Part shown: positions 46,966 to 56,022 of the stretch, piece by piece
Numbering within the stretch: position 1 is the stretch's first letter
How the letters are laid out: every line of letters starts with the position of its first letter
Assembly (NCBI GenBank): GCA_046726475.1
Contig: JBKPAO010000050.1
Coordinates: forward strand, 103 to 64,102
Source of the DNA: Gemmatimonadota bacterium
GTDB lineage: Bacteria; Gemmatimonadota; Gemmatimonadetes; Gemmatimonadales; GWC2-71-9
Direction: 5' to 3'
DNA length: 64,000 bases
The notes under the pieces: model-generated
Told to the model about the DNA's origin: nothing
Database searches by the model: none
Seen by the model: only the letters and a program-made list of their open reading frames with translations
Position numbers and translations under genes: made by a program

Positions 46966-47865
46966 ATGACCACAGACACGCTAACCGGCAGGACGATCGC
47001 GGGATACCGCCTCACGCAGCACGTCGGCGAGGGTGGGACTGCCACCGTCTACCGGGCAGACCACCCCGAGCGCGGCGTCGCCGCAGTCAAGATTCTGCGC
47101 GCCCGCCTGGCACAGGATCCGGTAGCGGTCAAACGCTTTCTGCGCGAGGCTGAATACGGCGCCAGGATCAACCATCCGAACATCGTACAGACCTACGATT
47201 ACGGCCAGGCAGAGGGTCTTCACTACCTTGCGCTAGAATGGGCTGACGGCGAGCCGCTCGCCGAGTTTGTGAATCGCTCCGGGGCCTTGGCGCCGGCGCT
47301 GGTGGCAAAGATCGTCGAACAGATCGGCGCCGCCCTCACGGCGGCCCACCGCGCGGGGATCATTCATCGGGACCTCAAGCCGGCGAACATCATGTACGAT
47401 CCGGCGCAGCAGACAGCCAAGCTGCTTGATTTCGGAATCGCCCGGGACGCGGAACTGAACCCCGAGGAGCGGCTCACCCGGGCCGGCTTCTTCGTCGGCA
47501 CCCTCCAGTACGTGGCACCGGAAACCCTGAGCGGCGAGCTGGTCAACGAACAAGCCGATGTCTACAGCCTTGCCACCATCACCTATTATCTGCTCACCGG
47601 TGCACTTCCATTCATGGGGAAGAGCCCCCGAGAGCTCTTCCAACAGCTCCTCACCCAACCTCCCGTCCGGCTGAACGAAGCCAAGCGGGGTCTCCGTTTT
47701 TCTCCTGCCATCGAGGCGACGGTGATGAATGGCCTCGAGCGTGATCTGACCAAGCGCTGCCGGACGGTAGACGAGTTTGCCCGGGCGTTCTGCGCCGCAG
47801 TGCGGGAGGAGCCCCGGAAACGAGCTGGCTTCCTTACCGGCTTCTTCCGCAAAGGGGCAGATTGA
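46966..47865 (+). CDS. Ser/Thr protein kinase (kinase domain only, 299 aa)
   Basis: GEGGTATVY...VAVK, HRDLKPANIM, DFGIA and APE motifs. Confidence 0.85.
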   Translation: MTTDTLTGRTIAGYRLTQHVGEGGTATVYRADHPERGVAAVKILRARLAQDPVAVKRFLREAEYGARINHPNIVQTYDYGQAEGLHYLALEWADGEPLAEFVNRSGALAPALVAKIVEQIGAALTAAHRAGIIHRDLKPANIMYDPAQQTAKLLDFGIARDAELNPEERLTRAGFFVGTLQYVAPETLSGELVNEQADVYSLATITYYLLTGALPFMGKSPRELFQQLLTQPPVRLNEAKRGLRFSPAIEATVMNGLERDLTKRCRTVDEFARAFCAAVREEPRKRAGFLTGFFRKGAD

Positions 47866-48419
47866 GCGACAGCGCCTCGCTCCGGCGACTCCTGCTGGAG
47901 CGCTCGGTCCAGAGAGGCGAGTTTGTTCTTGCATCGGGTCGTCGCTCCTCCTACTACATCGATTGCCGGCTGACGACGATGTCGGCAGAGGGAATGGTCC
48001 TCCTTGGACGTATGGGATGGGCTGCCATCGTGAGCGCCGGCTGGCGCCCGCGAGGGGTCGGCGGATTGACGTTGGGTGCCGACCCCGTTGCCTACGCCAT
48101 TGCCGCCGCCAGCTTCCTGAATGGACGGCCGGTGGACGCGTTCACCGTACGGAAGGAGCCCAAGGGCCACGGAACCAAGCGTCTCATCGAGGGGAATTTT
48201 CACTCCGGTGACCCGGTCGTAGTGGTGGAAGACGTGATTACCTCTGGTGATTCGGCGGCTCGAGCAGCCACCGCTGTCGAGGAGGCAGGAGGGAGCGTCC
48301 TGGGGATTCTTGCCGTTGTCGACCGGGAGCAGGGTGGCAAGCAGGCGCTGGAGTCCCAGGGCCGGCAGGTGGTCGTGTTAACCAGTGCGAGCGAACTGGG
48401 CCTGGGAGAGCACTCGTGA
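47862..48419 (+). CDS. pyrE: Orotate phosphoribosyltransferase
   Basis: FVLASGRRSSYYID and the PRPP loop VVVVEDVITSGDS. Confidence 0.85.
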   Translation: MSDSASLRRLLLERSVQRGEFVLASGRRSSYYIDCRLTTMSAEGMVLLGRMGWAAIVSAGWRPRGVGGLTLGADPVAYAIAAASFLNGRPVDAFTVRKEPKGHGTKRLIEGNFHSGDPVVVVEDVITSGDSAARAATAVEEAGGSVLGILAVVDREQGGKQALESQGRQVVVLTSASELGLGEHS

Positions 48420-48835
48420 ATCGGAGACGACTCGGACAGGCAGCCGCCGGGGCACTGTCGCTCGGTTGTTTTGTCTGGGCGGTATGGGCGTCGCGCTCGT
48501 CCTCCATTCCGGAATTGCGGGTCTACGACGGATTCCTCATGTTGCTGGGTGCTACGGTGATCGTCGCCCTGGTCGCGCCAATGGTCTGGCGGTGGCCCCG
48601 CCAGCGATCACTGGTGGCCATCGCGATCGCTGCCGCCGTCGGGTGCGTGGCGCCCTTGATCATCTCGGCTTTGCAACATCACATCCCCTTAGTCGCCCGC
48701 CTCCGCGGGGCTTGGATGATCGGAGGGGCAGATTTGGTCGGACCCGCACTCATCATCGGCTTCGTGTGTCTTTGGTTCGCCGTGCGGGAACATGGGGCTG
48801 AGGCGACCGGCCGCACGGCAGGGGGAGCGCGGTAA
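48416..48835 (+). CDS. Hypothetical membrane protein (about 4 TM)
   Basis: Has hydrophobic segments. Its GTG start overlaps the pyrE stop (GTGA). Confidence 0.5.
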   Translation: MNRRRLGQAAAGALSLGCFVWAVWASRSSSIPELRVYDGFLMLLGATVIVALVAPMVWRWPRQRSLVAIAIAAAVGCVAPLIISALQHHIPLVARLRGAWMIGGADLVGPALIIGFVCLWFAVREHGAEATGRTAGGAR

Positions 48836-49318
48836 ATGAGTACCGAGATCGTGAGAACTTACCTTAACGATCATCTGGCAGGTTCGGTCGGGGCCCTCGA
48901 GCTGCTCGATCACTTGATCAAATTCCACGAAAAGAGTGATCGCGAATCATTCTACCGGGGACTTCGTGCCGAGATCGAGGAGGATCAAAAGGTCCTTCAG
49001 AACCTGTTAGAGCAGGTTGGTGGCCGAGAGAGCTCGGTGCGCAAAGCCGCAGCGTGGCTGTCCGAAAAGGTGGGACAGGCCAAGCTCGCGTTTGACGATC
49101 CAGGAGGGAATCAGCTCCGAGTTCTCGAAGCACTGGAGACCCTGGCACTCGGAATCCAAGGCAAATTGTTGATCTGGCGGGCGCTGGCATCGGCATCTGA
49201 TTCCATTCCCGCAGTTCGAACTGTCGACTTCACCCGGCTCCAAGGGAGAGCGAGAGAGCAGTTCGAGCGGGTTGACGCAGAGCGGTTGCGTATGGCAAGG
49301 ATTGCGCTGGCAACCTGA
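48836..49318 (+). CDS. Hypothetical helical protein (160 aa)
   Basis: The ATG directly abuts the preceding TAA, and the sequence has an amphipathic helical character. I recognise no domain with confidence. Confidence 0.55.
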   Translation: MSTEIVRTYLNDHLAGSVGALELLDHLIKFHEKSDRESFYRGLRAEIEEDQKVLQNLLEQVGGRESSVRKAAAWLSEKVGQAKLAFDDPGGNQLRVLEALETLALGIQGKLLIWRALASASDSIPAVRTVDFTRLQGRAREQFERVDAERLRMARIALAT

Positions 49319-49320
49319 CA

Positions 49321-49743
49321 ATGGATCCCGAACCGAAAGGCTCGATCCTGTACGACGCCTCGTGCGGAATCTGCAGCCGATGGGTTTCCTCTTGGACGCC
49401 GACCCTCCAACGTCACGGGTTTGCGGTTGCCCCGCTGCAAAGCCCGTGGGTCCCGTCCCGCACTGGCCTAAAGGAAGCACAGCTGCTCGACGATGTGCGC
49501 CTGCTTCAGCCTGATGGTCGGCTCACATCTGGGCCGGATGTCTATCGTTACGTCATGCGGCGGATCTGGTGGGCGTATCCTGGGTACCTGCTTTCCCTGG
49601 CACCAGGGTTTCGAACGGTTTTCGATTGGGCGTACCGCACCTTTGCGCGCCATAGGGGTACTTTCTCGGCCAGCTGCGGACTGGAAGCGCCATCGGAAAG
49701 CCGATGGCCCGAGAACCCAAGCTCCGGGAGGGGTCATGGATGA
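49321..49743 (+). CDS. DCC-family thiol-disulfide oxidoreductase (DUF393)
   Basis: N-terminal ILYDASCGICSRWV, which is the DxxCxxC motif. Confidence 0.75.
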   Translation: MDPEPKGSILYDASCGICSRWVSSWTPTLQRHGFAVAPLQSPWVPSRTGLKEAQLLDDVRLLQPDGRLTSGPDVYRYVMRRIWWAYPGYLLSLAPGFRTVFDWAYRTFARHRGTFSASCGLEAPSESRWPENPSSGRGHG

Positions 49744-49948
49744 GGAAGTCTTCAATCTCGAGCTGCGAAAGTTCCTGAAAAAGTTCGGGATCACCGCTCA
49801 ACGAGAGATCGAGAAGGCAGTGCAGGTCGGAATCGAACGCGGGGTCCTGACTGGCAATGAGACACTCCAGGTACAGGCCACACTCAGCTTGGGATCACTG
49901 CTTCCGGGTCTTCGCATCGATGGGGAGATCGCGCTCGCCAAACAATGA
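49736..49948 (+). CDS. Hypothetical small protein (70 aa)
   Basis: The ATG follows a GGGAGGGG RBS and overlaps the DCC gene stop by 8 nt. Confidence 0.5.
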   Translation: MDEEVFNLELRKFLKKFGITAQREIEKAVQVGIERGVLTGNETLQVQATLSLGSLLPGLRIDGEIALAKQ

Positions 49949-50045
49949 GCTCCTGCGCTGCAACTCTTTGCACGCATCGACGTAGCGCAGCACCGCAATC
50001 GATCTTCCCGAGCCCCCTACACCTTTCACAAAGCTGGAGCTCTTC

Positions 50046-50881
50046 ATGCCTACGCCGCACGCGCCCGCGGGCTCGTCGCCGCGCCAGCTGGTCTCTCCGC
50101 GCGAACGCATGTATTACGGTGCGATGTTGTTGCTGAGCGTGACGGTGTACGCGGGTCTAATTTTGGCGGCGCTAAGCAAACCCCAGGTAGCCGCGACCAT
50201 CATTACCTACGGGCTCCTGTTCAGCCTCATAGGATTGCTTGCACATGGCCTGGCCTTGGGACGGATCCGGGGAAATGCGGTGCGGGTGTCAGAGCGACAG
50301 TTTCCGTTGTTGCAACACTTGCCGCGGCACATGCCCGTAAGCTCGGGCTCAAGCAGGTTCCAGCTGTCTACGTTATGGAATCCGGTGGCCTGCTCAACGC
50401 GTTCGCCACTCGCTTCCTGGGGCGCGACTTCGTGATTATTTACTCGGACGTCCTCGAGCTGGCGCTGGCGCGCGGTGAAGCGGCGGTAGGGTTCATCGTG
50501 GCCCACGAGTTAGCGCACATCTGGCGAGGACATCTCAAGCACCGTTGGCTCACCGCTCCGGGCCGATTCTTCCCCTACCTCGGCGCCGCCTACTCCCGGG
50601 CCTGCGAGTACACCTGTGACCGATTGGGAGCTTATTGTCAGCCGGACGGGGCAATCAGCGGATTACTGGCGCTCGCAGCCGGGAAGCAGCTCCACGCGCA
50701 CGTGGATGTTCGTGAGTACGCTGCTCAAGCACTGTCAGACCAAGGTTTCTGGGTCCGACGGGCCGAGCTGATGTCGTCGCACCCGCTCCTTCCCAAGCGA
50801 GTGGCGGCGCTCGTGAACGCGGGGATAGCGATCCCTCCCCGAGCACAGTGGGCGGCCACCCCACCGGCTGCCGCGGCGTAA
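50046..50881 (+). pseudogene. M48 family (HtpX-like) zinc metallopeptidase split by a 1-nt frameshift near 50304-50320
   Basis: ORF 50046..50435 carries the N-terminal TM part up to ...GNAVRVSERQFPLL. ORF 50375..50881 carries MESGGLLNAFATRF...HELAHIWRGH. The second frame, read upstream of its ATG, continues as ...ATLAAAHARKLGLKQVPAVYV, so the two frames join into one protein. Confidence 0.65.
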
Positions 50882-51009
50882 ACTTGGCATAACAGGGCGG
50901 TGCGTCGTCGCCTGACGGCCACCGCCGCAGTTGCGTCCTTCCGCAGGATCACCCATCCTAGGTTCTGATCTCGGCAAGCTCTCGGCGTACACCACCGAAG
51001 GAGGCTGCG

Positions 51010-51570
51010 ATGGCACCACGAAGGCGCTACCAGCTGGAGCGTGTCACCGTGTGGCCGGGGGAGCGCCGAAGCTCTACCTGGACTTTCGCTGGTAGCCCGG
51101 TATCAGGGATCGAGCAGACCTACGCCGTCCGAGATGAGAACTTTTCTTCCCGAAACGAATGGGAGTTCGTCGTCCGCATTCCGGCCGGCCGGGACCAGCG
51201 AATCGAGGTGCGCCCCCGCACCACGCCGAACGTGAAGGCCTGGGCGGAGCTCCCTGACCGGTCGCTGACTTTTGTCCGAGCAACCAAGGGAGATGCCCGG
51301 GGAAGATGGTACTGTCAGGTAGCTTTGGCCGACCCTACTGGTGCCAAGAGCCGGGACATCGTCCGGGCTGACCAACGGAGCCAGCTGCCTCGCTGGTTCG
51401 ACCAGCTCCAACGTCGGATGCGAGTGAAGGAAAAGGTGAGAAACACGCGAGGTACCGATGGTCAGGCTCTGGTGCTGTTGGTCCAGGCGGAGGACCATCC
51501 GACGATGATCAGGCTATTCTTTGCGACGAAGGTGTGGATCATGACGGAGCGCATCGCGCTCGGCGCGTGA
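51010..51570 (+). CDS. Hypothetical protein (186 aa)
   Basis: Clean ORF. Its stop overlaps the start of the HIT-like gene (TGATG). I recognise no domain. Confidence 0.5.
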   Translation: MAPRRRYQLERVTVWPGERRSSTWTFAGSPVSGIEQTYAVRDENFSSRNEWEFVVRIPAGRDQRIEVRPRTTPNVKAWAELPDRSLTFVRATKGDARGRWYCQVALADPTGAKSRDIVRADQRSQLPRWFDQLQRRMRVKEKVRNTRGTDGQALVLLVQAEDHPTMIRLFFATKVWIMTERIALGA

Positions 51571-52055
51571 TGGAGAAGGCAGGCTCCTCGAGCAGGGAAT
51601 CGCCGGGCTGCAGCGCCTGTGCCGAGATCGCTGGAAAGAACGCTGCGCCAGGCGGAGTCATCTTCGACAACGGATTGTGGTTTGTCAGCCATCATACGGG
51701 ACGGTACACCGACCCGGGTGAGCTGATCGTAAAGCCGCGGCGTCATTGCGAATCACTGGCTGAGCTCACGCAGGCCGAGGCGGAAGCCCTGGGACCGGTA
51801 CTCTGGTCAGCGGTCAAGGCCCTCGAACGCGTGGTGCCCGCCGAGCGGATCTACGCGGTGTCCTTCAATGAACGTGTTCGTCATCTGCACTTCCTCTTGC
51901 TTCCGCGCACCGCTGAGATGCCCCGAGGCCATGTCGTGTCTGATCTCTACCGCCGAGCCCGTAACCTGCTCCGGCAGGTGGGCCTTCGGCCGAACCCGAC
52001 TCCGGCCCAAAGGGCTGACGCCGCCGGGAGAATCCGGGACCGATGGCAGGCCTGA
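51570..52055 (+). CDS. HIT-like domain protein (degenerate histidine triad)
   Basis: N-terminal Cys pair CSAC and the core VRHLHFLLLPR, which is an HxH with the third His replaced. Confidence 0.55.
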   Translation: MEKAGSSSRESPGCSACAEIAGKNAAPGGVIFDNGLWFVSHHTGRYTDPGELIVKPRRHCESLAELTQAEAEALGPVLWSAVKALERVVPAERIYAVSFNERVRHLHFLLLPRTAEMPRGHVVSDLYRRARNLLRQVGLRPNPTPAQRADAAGRIRDRWQA

Positions 52056-52528
52056 CATCGCTGGAGATCACCCGACTTACAACTGACGCCGAGGCGGAAG
52101 CTTGTGCCAGGCTAATGGCCGAGTCGGAGCCATGGTTGACGCTGGGCCGCAGTTATCAAGCATCCCTCAGCATCGTCCGGGACCCGAGCAGGGAGGTCTA
52201 CATCGCTCGGGATGAAAACGGTGTTGCAGGATTCCTGATCCTGTGCATGCTCGGTGCCTTCGTCGGCTACATCCAGACAATCGCAATCCAACCCGATCGG
52301 CGAGGTCAGGGCCTCGGCAGCAGGTTGATCGATTTTGCCGAGCGCCGGATTCTTGCTGAGTCACCCAACGTGTTCATGTGTGTTTCCTCCTTCAATCACG
52401 ACGCACGCCGATTGTACCAGAGACTGGGGTATCATGTCGTGGGAGAACTCACCGATTACATCGTACAGGGCCATTCCGAGATTCTGCTCCGGAAGACAAC
52501 CGGCCCATTGAGCCCGACCATTCGTTGA
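52043..52528 (+). CDS. GNAT family N-acetyltransferase
   Basis: Acetyl-CoA binding motif IAIQPDRRGQGLGSRLI. Confidence 0.8.
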   Translation: MAGLTSLEITRLTTDAEAEACARLMAESEPWLTLGRSYQASLSIVRDPSREVYIARDENGVAGFLILCMLGAFVGYIQTIAIQPDRRGQGLGSRLIDFAERRILAESPNVFMCVSSFNHDARRLYQRLGYHVVGELTDYIVQGHSEILLRKTTGPLSPTIR

Positions 52529-52598
52529 TCCCGCGTATGCGAGACCTCCGAGCGCGAGGAGGTATGGCGCCCTTCTCGGACTCCAGCTAGGATCGAGA

Positions 52599-52841
52599 AT
52601 GCGAGAGGCGCGGTTGCGACCGGAGTATGCGCATTTGTACCCCACCCTTATCCCCGGACAGTGGGAACCGGCAGCCCGGATCGCCGAAGTCGTCCTGGCT
52701 CGACTGTTGTTGCTGGAAATTTCTGAGGCGCCGATCCAGGATCGGGTGCTCAACGAAGAGCACTTCGAATTCAGGGGGGACGTACCCGCCGAGTCGCAGG
52801 GAGGTTCCAGTGGCGCTCGCGTGCAGAATCGAGGGGAATGA
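52599..52841 (+). CDS. Hypothetical small protein (80 aa)
   Basis: Its stop overlaps the next gene's start (ATGA). I recognise no domain. Confidence 0.4.
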   Translation: MREARLRPEYAHLYPTLIPGQWEPAARIAEVVLARLLLLEISEAPIQDRVLNEEHFEFRGDVPAESQGGSSGARVQNRGE

Positions 52842-53371
52842 TGGAAGACCCCCGCTACCCTATCGGACGGTTCCGTTATTCCGCGAAACTCGATCCTGAA
52901 TCACGAGCGCGCTGTATCGCCGAGATCGCCGCCGCTCCAGGCCATCTGCGTGCAGCTGTGGCGGATCTGATGCCAACTCAGCTCGACACCCGGTATCGTG
53001 AGGGGGGCTGGACGGTTCGACAGGTGGTCCACCATGTCCCGGATAGCCACCTGAACGCCTACACTCGATTCAAGCTCGCGCTGACCGAAGACGAGCCCAC
53101 GATCAAGCCGTACGATGAAGCCCGCTGGGCCGAACTGGCGGATGTGCGGGCGGCGCCGGTGGAGACGTCCCTCACCCTCCTGGAGTGCCTGCATCGGCGC
53201 TGGGTCTTGCTGCTCAGGGAACTCACGGCGGCCGATCTCTCCCGCAGATTCAAACATCCCGAGCAGGGCCGCAGCATCGAGCTCGACGAGGTACTGGCCA
53301 TGTATGCCTGGCACGGCCGACATCACGTCGCACAGATAGCCTCACTGCGAGACCGCATGGGCTGGATCTGA
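52838..53371 (+). CDS. YfiT/BstA-type DinB-family metal-dependent hydrolase (putative bacillithiol transferase)
   Basis: PIGRF near the N-terminus, plus HHVPDSHLNAY and YAWHGRHHVAQI (the His triad). Confidence 0.8.
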   Translation: MMEDPRYPIGRFRYSAKLDPESRARCIAEIAAAPGHLRAAVADLMPTQLDTRYREGGWTVRQVVHHVPDSHLNAYTRFKLALTEDEPTIKPYDEARWAELADVRAAPVETSLTLLECLHRRWVLLLRELTAADLSRRFKHPEQGRSIELDEVLAMYAWHGRHHVAQIASLRDRMGWI

Positions 53372-53397
53372 TAACCCTCCGCCACAAGGAGCAGCCG

Positions 53398-53754
53398 ATT
53401 CCCACCAGCATCCTCTTTCGGACCAGTGGTCTGCTCCTCCTCTCGAATGTCTTCATGACATTCGCCTGGTACGGACACCTCAGAAATCTGGGACAGAAGC
53501 CCTGGTACATCGCAGCAGTGGTAAGCTGGGGTATCGCTCTTTTCGAGTATCTACTCCAGGTACCTGCGAATCGGATCGGTTACACCGCTCTGTCCCTGGC
53601 GCAACTCAAGATTCTTCAAGAGGTGATCACCCTGCTGGTGTTTGCCCCATTTGCCGTCATCTATATGCGGCAAGCGATTAAGCTCGACTACCTCTGGGCT
53701 GCCCTGTGCCTGGTCGGCGCCGTGTATTTCGTCTTTCGCTCGCCTGCAGCGTAA
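53398..53754 (+). CDS. DMT-superfamily small membrane protein (DUF486)
   Basis: Family motif FMTFAWYGHL. There is no ATG, GTG or TTG upstream of the first TM segment. An in-frame ATT at 53398 lies 6 nt after AAGGAG. The conservative start is ATG at 53455. Confidence 0.7.
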   Translation: MPTSILFRTSGLLLLSNVFMTFAWYGHLRNLGQKPWYIAAVVSWGIALFEYLLQVPANRIGYTALSLAQLKILQEVITLLVFAPFAVIYMRQAIKLDYLWAALCLVGAVYFVFRSPAA

Positions 53755-54968
53755 TGCCCCTATCACTCGTCCTTGCGATCCTCGGCTCGGCACTCACGGC
53801 TCAGGTGTCATGGGCTCAAGCGCCTGGGCAGCGAGCACGCGACTTCGACATTCCGCTTGACGGCACCCCGGGGAAGCTCGATGCCATCACGGACGTACCG
53901 GGGGTAGCCGTAGGACACAGCACATTGATCAGGGGAGCCGGTGCCCTACGGGTGGGCTCCGGACCGGTGCGGACCGGTGTCACTGTGGTATTCCCTCGAG
54001 GGACGGCGGATCTCGCACCGGTGTTCGGCGGTTGGTTCAGCCTGAATGGGAACGGCGAGATGACGGGGACCGCCTGGCTCGATGACTACGCTCTCCTGCT
54101 CTACCCGTTGAGCATCACGAACACCAACAGTGTGGGCACGGTGCGAGATGCGGTGATTGAGTGGGGACGAACGCGGGTGCCGGGAGTATTCAACTGCTGT
54201 TTGCCCGTGGTTGCGGAAACCTGGGACGGGGATTTGAACGACATTTACGGATTCCATGTCGCGAAAGCAGACGTGTTTACAGCATTGGCTGCAGCGAAGG
54301 GCGGACCGGTACCCGAGGGCAACGTGGGTGGAGGGACCGGCATGCAGTGCCTGGGTTTTAAGGGAGGCATTGGGACCGCAAGTCGCCAGCTCCCCGCTCG
54401 TGCCGGCAGCTTCGTGGTTGGCGTCTTGGTGCAGTGCAATTTCGGGCTTCGTCGACAGCTGCGTGTCGCAGGAGTTCCGGTCGGTCAGGAGATCAAGGCA
54501 GACCAACCGTGCTACGACACCGACCGGCCGCTCGGTCGAGAGCAGGAGGAGATGCGTTGCCCAACCCGGAGTGAGCCTGGGCGGGAGCACGGCTCGATTA
54601 TCGTCATCATCGGGACCAACGCCCCGCTTCTCCCGCACCAGTTGCGCCGCCTTGCCCGACGGGCAACCCTCGGTATCGGCCGCATGGGAGGAGTTTCCGG
54701 AGCGGGATCGGGCGACTTGTTTTTGGCTTTCTCGACCGCCCGAGTCGAGGAACACGGGGACAGCATCGGTGTTCTACCGCTGACCATGCTCAGCGATGAG
54801 CGGATCGATCCCATCTACGAAGCGACGGTACAGGCGACCGAAGAAGCCATTATCAACGCCCTTCTTGCCGCCCAGACCATGACTGGAGCGGACGATCTCC
54901 GGGTTACCGCTCTGCCCCACGACCAACTCCGCAGCATTCTCCGGAAGTACGGACGACTCAAGCGCTAA
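53754..54968 (+). CDS. P1 (S58/DmpA) family aminopeptidase, secreted
   Basis: GGGTGMQCLGFKGGIGTAS motif. The signal peptide is MPLSLVLAILGSALTAQVSWA. The start overlaps the preceding stop (TAATG). Confidence 0.8.
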   Translation: MPLSLVLAILGSALTAQVSWAQAPGQRARDFDIPLDGTPGKLDAITDVPGVAVGHSTLIRGAGALRVGSGPVRTGVTVVFPRGTADLAPVFGGWFSLNGNGEMTGTAWLDDYALLLYPLSITNTNSVGTVRDAVIEWGRTRVPGVFNCCLPVVAETWDGDLNDIYGFHVAKADVFTALAAAKGGPVPEGNVGGGTGMQCLGFKGGIGTASRQLPARAGSFVVGVLVQCNFGLRRQLRVAGVPVGQEIKADQPCYDTDRPLGREQEEMRCPTRSEPGREHGSIIVIIGTNAPLLPHQLRRLARRATLGIGRMGGVSGAGSGDLFLAFSTARVEEHGDSIGVLPLTMLSDERIDPIYEATVQATEEAIINALLAAQTMTGADDLRVTALPHDQLRSILRKYGRLKR

Positions 54969-55852
54969 GCACCCAGCTTACGCTCGAGCCCCTCGGCCAC
55001 CCCGTCCCAGCCGCCCGCCGCAACCGGATGAAATGACCGCCAGATCGAGAGATATGGCGTCAGCATGAGGTCGACGAATCGACCGAGCGCGATCCGAAAG
55101 GGGAATCTTCGCCTGAACTCGAGCGCCGTGAGGCCTAGCATAGCTCGTAAGTGTCTCCCAAAGCTCTGAGGGGAGGAGTATTCCAACCGGTACGACACAT
55201 CCGCCACCGATAAGCCGGCAGTCTCGAACAAATACGACGCGTGCAGCAGTCGGATGGCCGCGAGGTAGTTTTTGGGCGAGGGGAGTCCCGCCCGGGCAAA
55301 CCGAGACATCAGCGTGCTGGGTCGCACGTAGAGACGCTGGGCGAGGTTGGTTACCGTTGGCGTGTCGGGCGCAAGACGGATCAGCGCCTCGATGAACAGC
55401 CGAGCGTCGGCCGGGGCCTCGGCCAGAGCATCGAGAATGGGTCCCTGAATACGGGCGACGGCTCTGGTGGCAGGCTGCCCGACGACTTGACGTAGCCGGC
55501 TCCACCCGGTAGGCGAGGTTACATCCACGACCTGCCGTACCCCTGACGCGCCGAGCCGCAGTAGCATTTCGGTGGCGCTAGGGTCGTGCTGCGACAAAAG
55601 CGCGACTGTCGGAATCCCAGGAAATTCCCGGACCAGATGCCCCAGTACTTCGACCTGCTCCGGGCCACACCGATGGACGGAGACGAGTACGGCGTCCACC
55701 GGCCGCTCTCGTACGATACGCACCGCGTCCGGGATTGAGTCTCGATGGACGACCGCAAAGCAGCCGCATCCAGCAGCATCGACCCGCGCTCGCTCCACCG
55801 GTAGTAGAACGGTGGCGACAGTTGGTGACTTTTCGGTTGGGCTGAATGGCAC
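54965..55852 (-). CDS. AraC-family transcriptional regulator with an N-terminal receiver-like domain lacking the phospho-Asp
   Basis: The C-terminal AraC HTH is ...VADVSYRLEYSSPQSFGRHLRAMLGLTALEFRRR. The N-terminal CheY-like fold has DAVLVSVH where the acceptor motif (dlvllD) would be. Confidence 0.75.
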   Translation of the reverse strand: MPFSPTEKSPTVATVLLPVERARVDAAGCGCFAVVHRDSIPDAVRIVRERPVDAVLVSVHRCGPEQVEVLGHLVREFPGIPTVALLSQHDPSATEMLLRLGASGVRQVVDVTSPTGWSRLRQVVGQPATRAVARIQGPILDALAEAPADARLFIEALIRLAPDTPTVTNLAQRLYVRPSTLMSRFARAGLPSPKNYLAAIRLLHASYLFETAGLSVADVSYRLEYSSPQSFGRHLRAMLGLTALEFRRRFPFRIALGRFVDLMLTPYLSIWRSFHPVAAGGWDGVAEGLERKLGA

Positions 55853-56022
55853 GTGGCCTCCCGTCGACTGGTGCGGGAGGGTACGCCTGCCACGTCAACT
55901 AAGGTTAAATCTGAAACGGGGCGAACCTCCGCCTCGTCGGATTCAAAGTGCGCAGCATCGTCGGGGCGGTCCGCCCGGCCCTGGATCGGGTATATTCGTA
56001 GCCACCCTCACGGACTCTTGAT

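Noticed and set aside
50300-50380. Programmed -1 ribosomal frameshift in the M48 peptidase gene.
   Set aside because: There is no slippery heptamer and no obvious downstream stimulatory structure at the frame junction. A 1-nt indel (pseudogene or sequencing error) is the simpler explanation.
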